Positions 62,321 to 64,000 of a DNA stretch of 64,000 nt are shown here, one piece after another. The position numbers were made by a program, and so were the translations under genes. Below the pieces are notes generated by a model. It had not been told where the DNA came from. It saw nothing but the letters and a program-made list of their open reading frames with translations, and did no database searches. This DNA comes from an uncultured Verrucomicrobiae bacterium (GTDB lineage Bacteria > Verrucomicrobiota > Verrucomicrobiia > Chthoniobacterales > JAFAMB01), in contig CAWIPH010000002.1 in the NCBI GenBank assembly GCA_963837955.1, positions 320,001 to 384,000 on the forward strand, given 5' to 3'. Position 1 is the stretch's first letter, and each line of letters starts with the position of its first letter.

Positions 62321-63835
62321 TCATCGGGCCGCGTGGAGCTTAGCGCAGTAATCTTGATACCATTGTTCGAAGAGCTTGTCGGTAGCCGGCCAATTTACCG
62401 GAGCATCAGCACCCTGGAAACTGGCAAGAGCTTCATCGTTGAATTCCCAAAGTCGCACAATTTTTCCGTGTTTCCGTTGATCCTCGGCCCAAGCAGTACC
62501 CTGGACGGAGTAGTCACTCGCGCATAGAATGCTTCCATCTCGCAAAAGTTCATCCGGATCGCCTCTCTGATACTCGACGAAAGCAATTTGAGGGTATTGG
62601 ATCCGCGTAAGCGCTGTTCGATCAGTAGAGTAAAGGAGCGTGTGAGAATCTGCAATTGGATCGGCTTGTGCTGAGACGGTGATTGACCGATTTCCACTAT
62701 CGCATCTGTCTTTGGAAAATGCCGCTTGGCTCGTCCTAGTATTATTTTGGAACACCAAGCGTTTTTGCGGAGCGTCGATAGTGATGTCCCAACGCCAGCT
62801 CTGTGTTCCTAATTCCGCTCGATGGATTTCGGTGAGTTTCCCTTGCTTATCACTATCAAAGCGAATCGTGGGATCTATTCCGTGATCGTAGCTTACGCCA
62901 TCATTAGGACGAAACCACAGGATCTCGTTTTGTGTGTCGAGTCGGCCGAGCTGGTAAAAGAGCGTGGGCCATGGGTTAGTAGCGCTCTGATGCACTTCTA
63001 CGACCCAGCCGTCGTCATTGAGGGCTACGCTGGCTTTTTGGCCCGTGTCGTATTCCCCATGGCGGAACCAGGCTATCGTGCCATTAGGCTGATACTGTCC
63101 AGTCCAGTACCAAAGGTGGCCTGTGCCGGAATCATGCACTTCAACGGCCTGACCCTTAGAGTTCATCGATATCGCTGGATTATGTCCATGGTCCCAGCGA
63201 TATTCGCGGCGCGTGCAAAGGTCACCTGAAAGCACGCACAGAATGCGCCCGCGCAAGCCGTCAAGCGAAGGCCAAACTGCCTGGTATGCGGCAGCCGGGA
63301 ACACTTTAGAACCGAAGATGTCCAGGAAGAGTTGGTTGAAGTAGCAAATATTTCCGTCGGCAAACGAAGTTCTGGACGTCAACCCACCGGCTGCTTCCGC
63401 GCAGTCAGTAACCTGGGTCAAGACCGTATCGCGAACCAAGCCGGCTTTTAGGTCTACTATAATGATTATAGGGGCGTGATTGGGATGGGCTTCAGACCAC
63501 GCGCAGATCAATTTTAGCCACTCGGCTGCAAGCGGGGAGGAAGGATTTCCTTTGCCAAGCATCACTCCACCTTCTGGTCTGTCGTGCCCGATCCGGTAGT
63601 CCTTATACTTACCGAAATCGTTAGCGTAGAAATCTAATTCGAGTACTCTGGCCCCACCATCAAGCTGTTCAGGAATCGAGCGGAGCGCTCCGCCAGCGTA
63701 AGAATTATGCGTCGCCGCAAGGTAAACTTCGTTGAGTGGCTTGACATTTTCTTGCGCAGCACCACCCCCCGAAAGTGTGAGCGGAACCACGTTCGCAAGG
63801 AGACACAACGATACTACTTTACAAAGGTAAGTCAT
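62321..63835 (-). CDS. Secreted PI-PLC-like phosphodiesterase with inserted beta repeats
   Basis: Signal peptide; ATHNSY, EQLDGGARVLELD, HPNHAPI, WPSLDGLRGR. Confidence 0.8.
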   Translation of the reverse strand: MTYLCKVVSLCLLANVVPLTLSGGGAAQENVKPLNEVYLAATHNSYAGGALRSIPEQLDGGARVLELDFYANDFGKYKDYRIGHDRPEGGVMLGKGNPSSPLAAEWLKLICAWSEAHPNHAPIIIIVDLKAGLVRDTVLTQVTDCAEAAGGLTSRTSFADGNICYFNQLFLDIFGSKVFPAAAYQAVWPSLDGLRGRILCVLSGDLCTRREYRWDHGHNPAISMNSKGQAVEVHDSGTGHLWYWTGQYQPNGTIAWFRHGEYDTGQKASVALNDDGWVVEVHQSATNPWPTLFYQLGRLDTQNEILWFRPNDGVSYDHGIDPTIRFDSDKQGKLTEIHRAELGTQSWRWDITIDAPQKRLVFQNNTRTSQAAFSKDRCDSGNRSITVSAQADPIADSHTLLYSTDRTALTRIQYPQIAFVEYQRGDPDELLRDGSILCASDYSVQGTAWAEDQRKHGKIVRLWEFNDEALASFQGADAPVNWPATDKLFEQWYQDYCAKLHAAR

Positions 63836-64000
63836 ACATTGCGATTTGCAAAACTAGAAACGTTGTGTTCTAGGTCATTTTTTTGCCTTTAGAATAATCG
63901 CAGGTGCGATCAGCTGGTCATTTAAAGCCGGCAACTGCTTGAAATCTTCGTTGTTCGACTTTGATAGTTCAATTCGCGGCGAGGGATATGAAAATGGCTG

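Overview
Bacterial chromosomal window of moderate to high GC. Gene content (short TPR protein, TMEM14, DUF971, GH75 lipoprotein, DUF1504-type transporter) suggests a soil Verrucomicrobiota/Chthoniobacterales-like genome; this is inference only. 1-15 kb is housekeeping or accessory metabolism: GT28 + GH1, rpiB, HtrA-like protease with an Rrf2 regulator and its operators, AraC + SDR, ECF sigma, hemL. 15-39 kb is a nitrogen-scavenging neighbourhood: ureDABCEFG; hutH-U-I-F followed by an ArgE-like M20 enzyme instead of hutG; and amtB with a sigma54-type promoter. It also holds an orphan ParA + partner pair. 39-53 kb is a mosaic of local duplications, gene relics and a long palindromic element. From about 53.27 kb, a tRNA 3'-end copy (att-like) opens an integrative element. 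The element carries an Xis-like HTH, an acidic protein split by TGA, an RHH-like switch with a 16-bp operator, and a phage-like operon ending in a frameshifted 5-hmdU DNA kinase (aGPT-Pplase1)-like gene. It also has a recurring GTTCTAG promoter-like motif, a candidate sRNA, a 498-aa orphan, an 854-aa ankyrin protein, an integrase relic and a PI-PLC. Several frameshifts and stops may be sequencing errors. All family calls come from motif recognition, not database searches.
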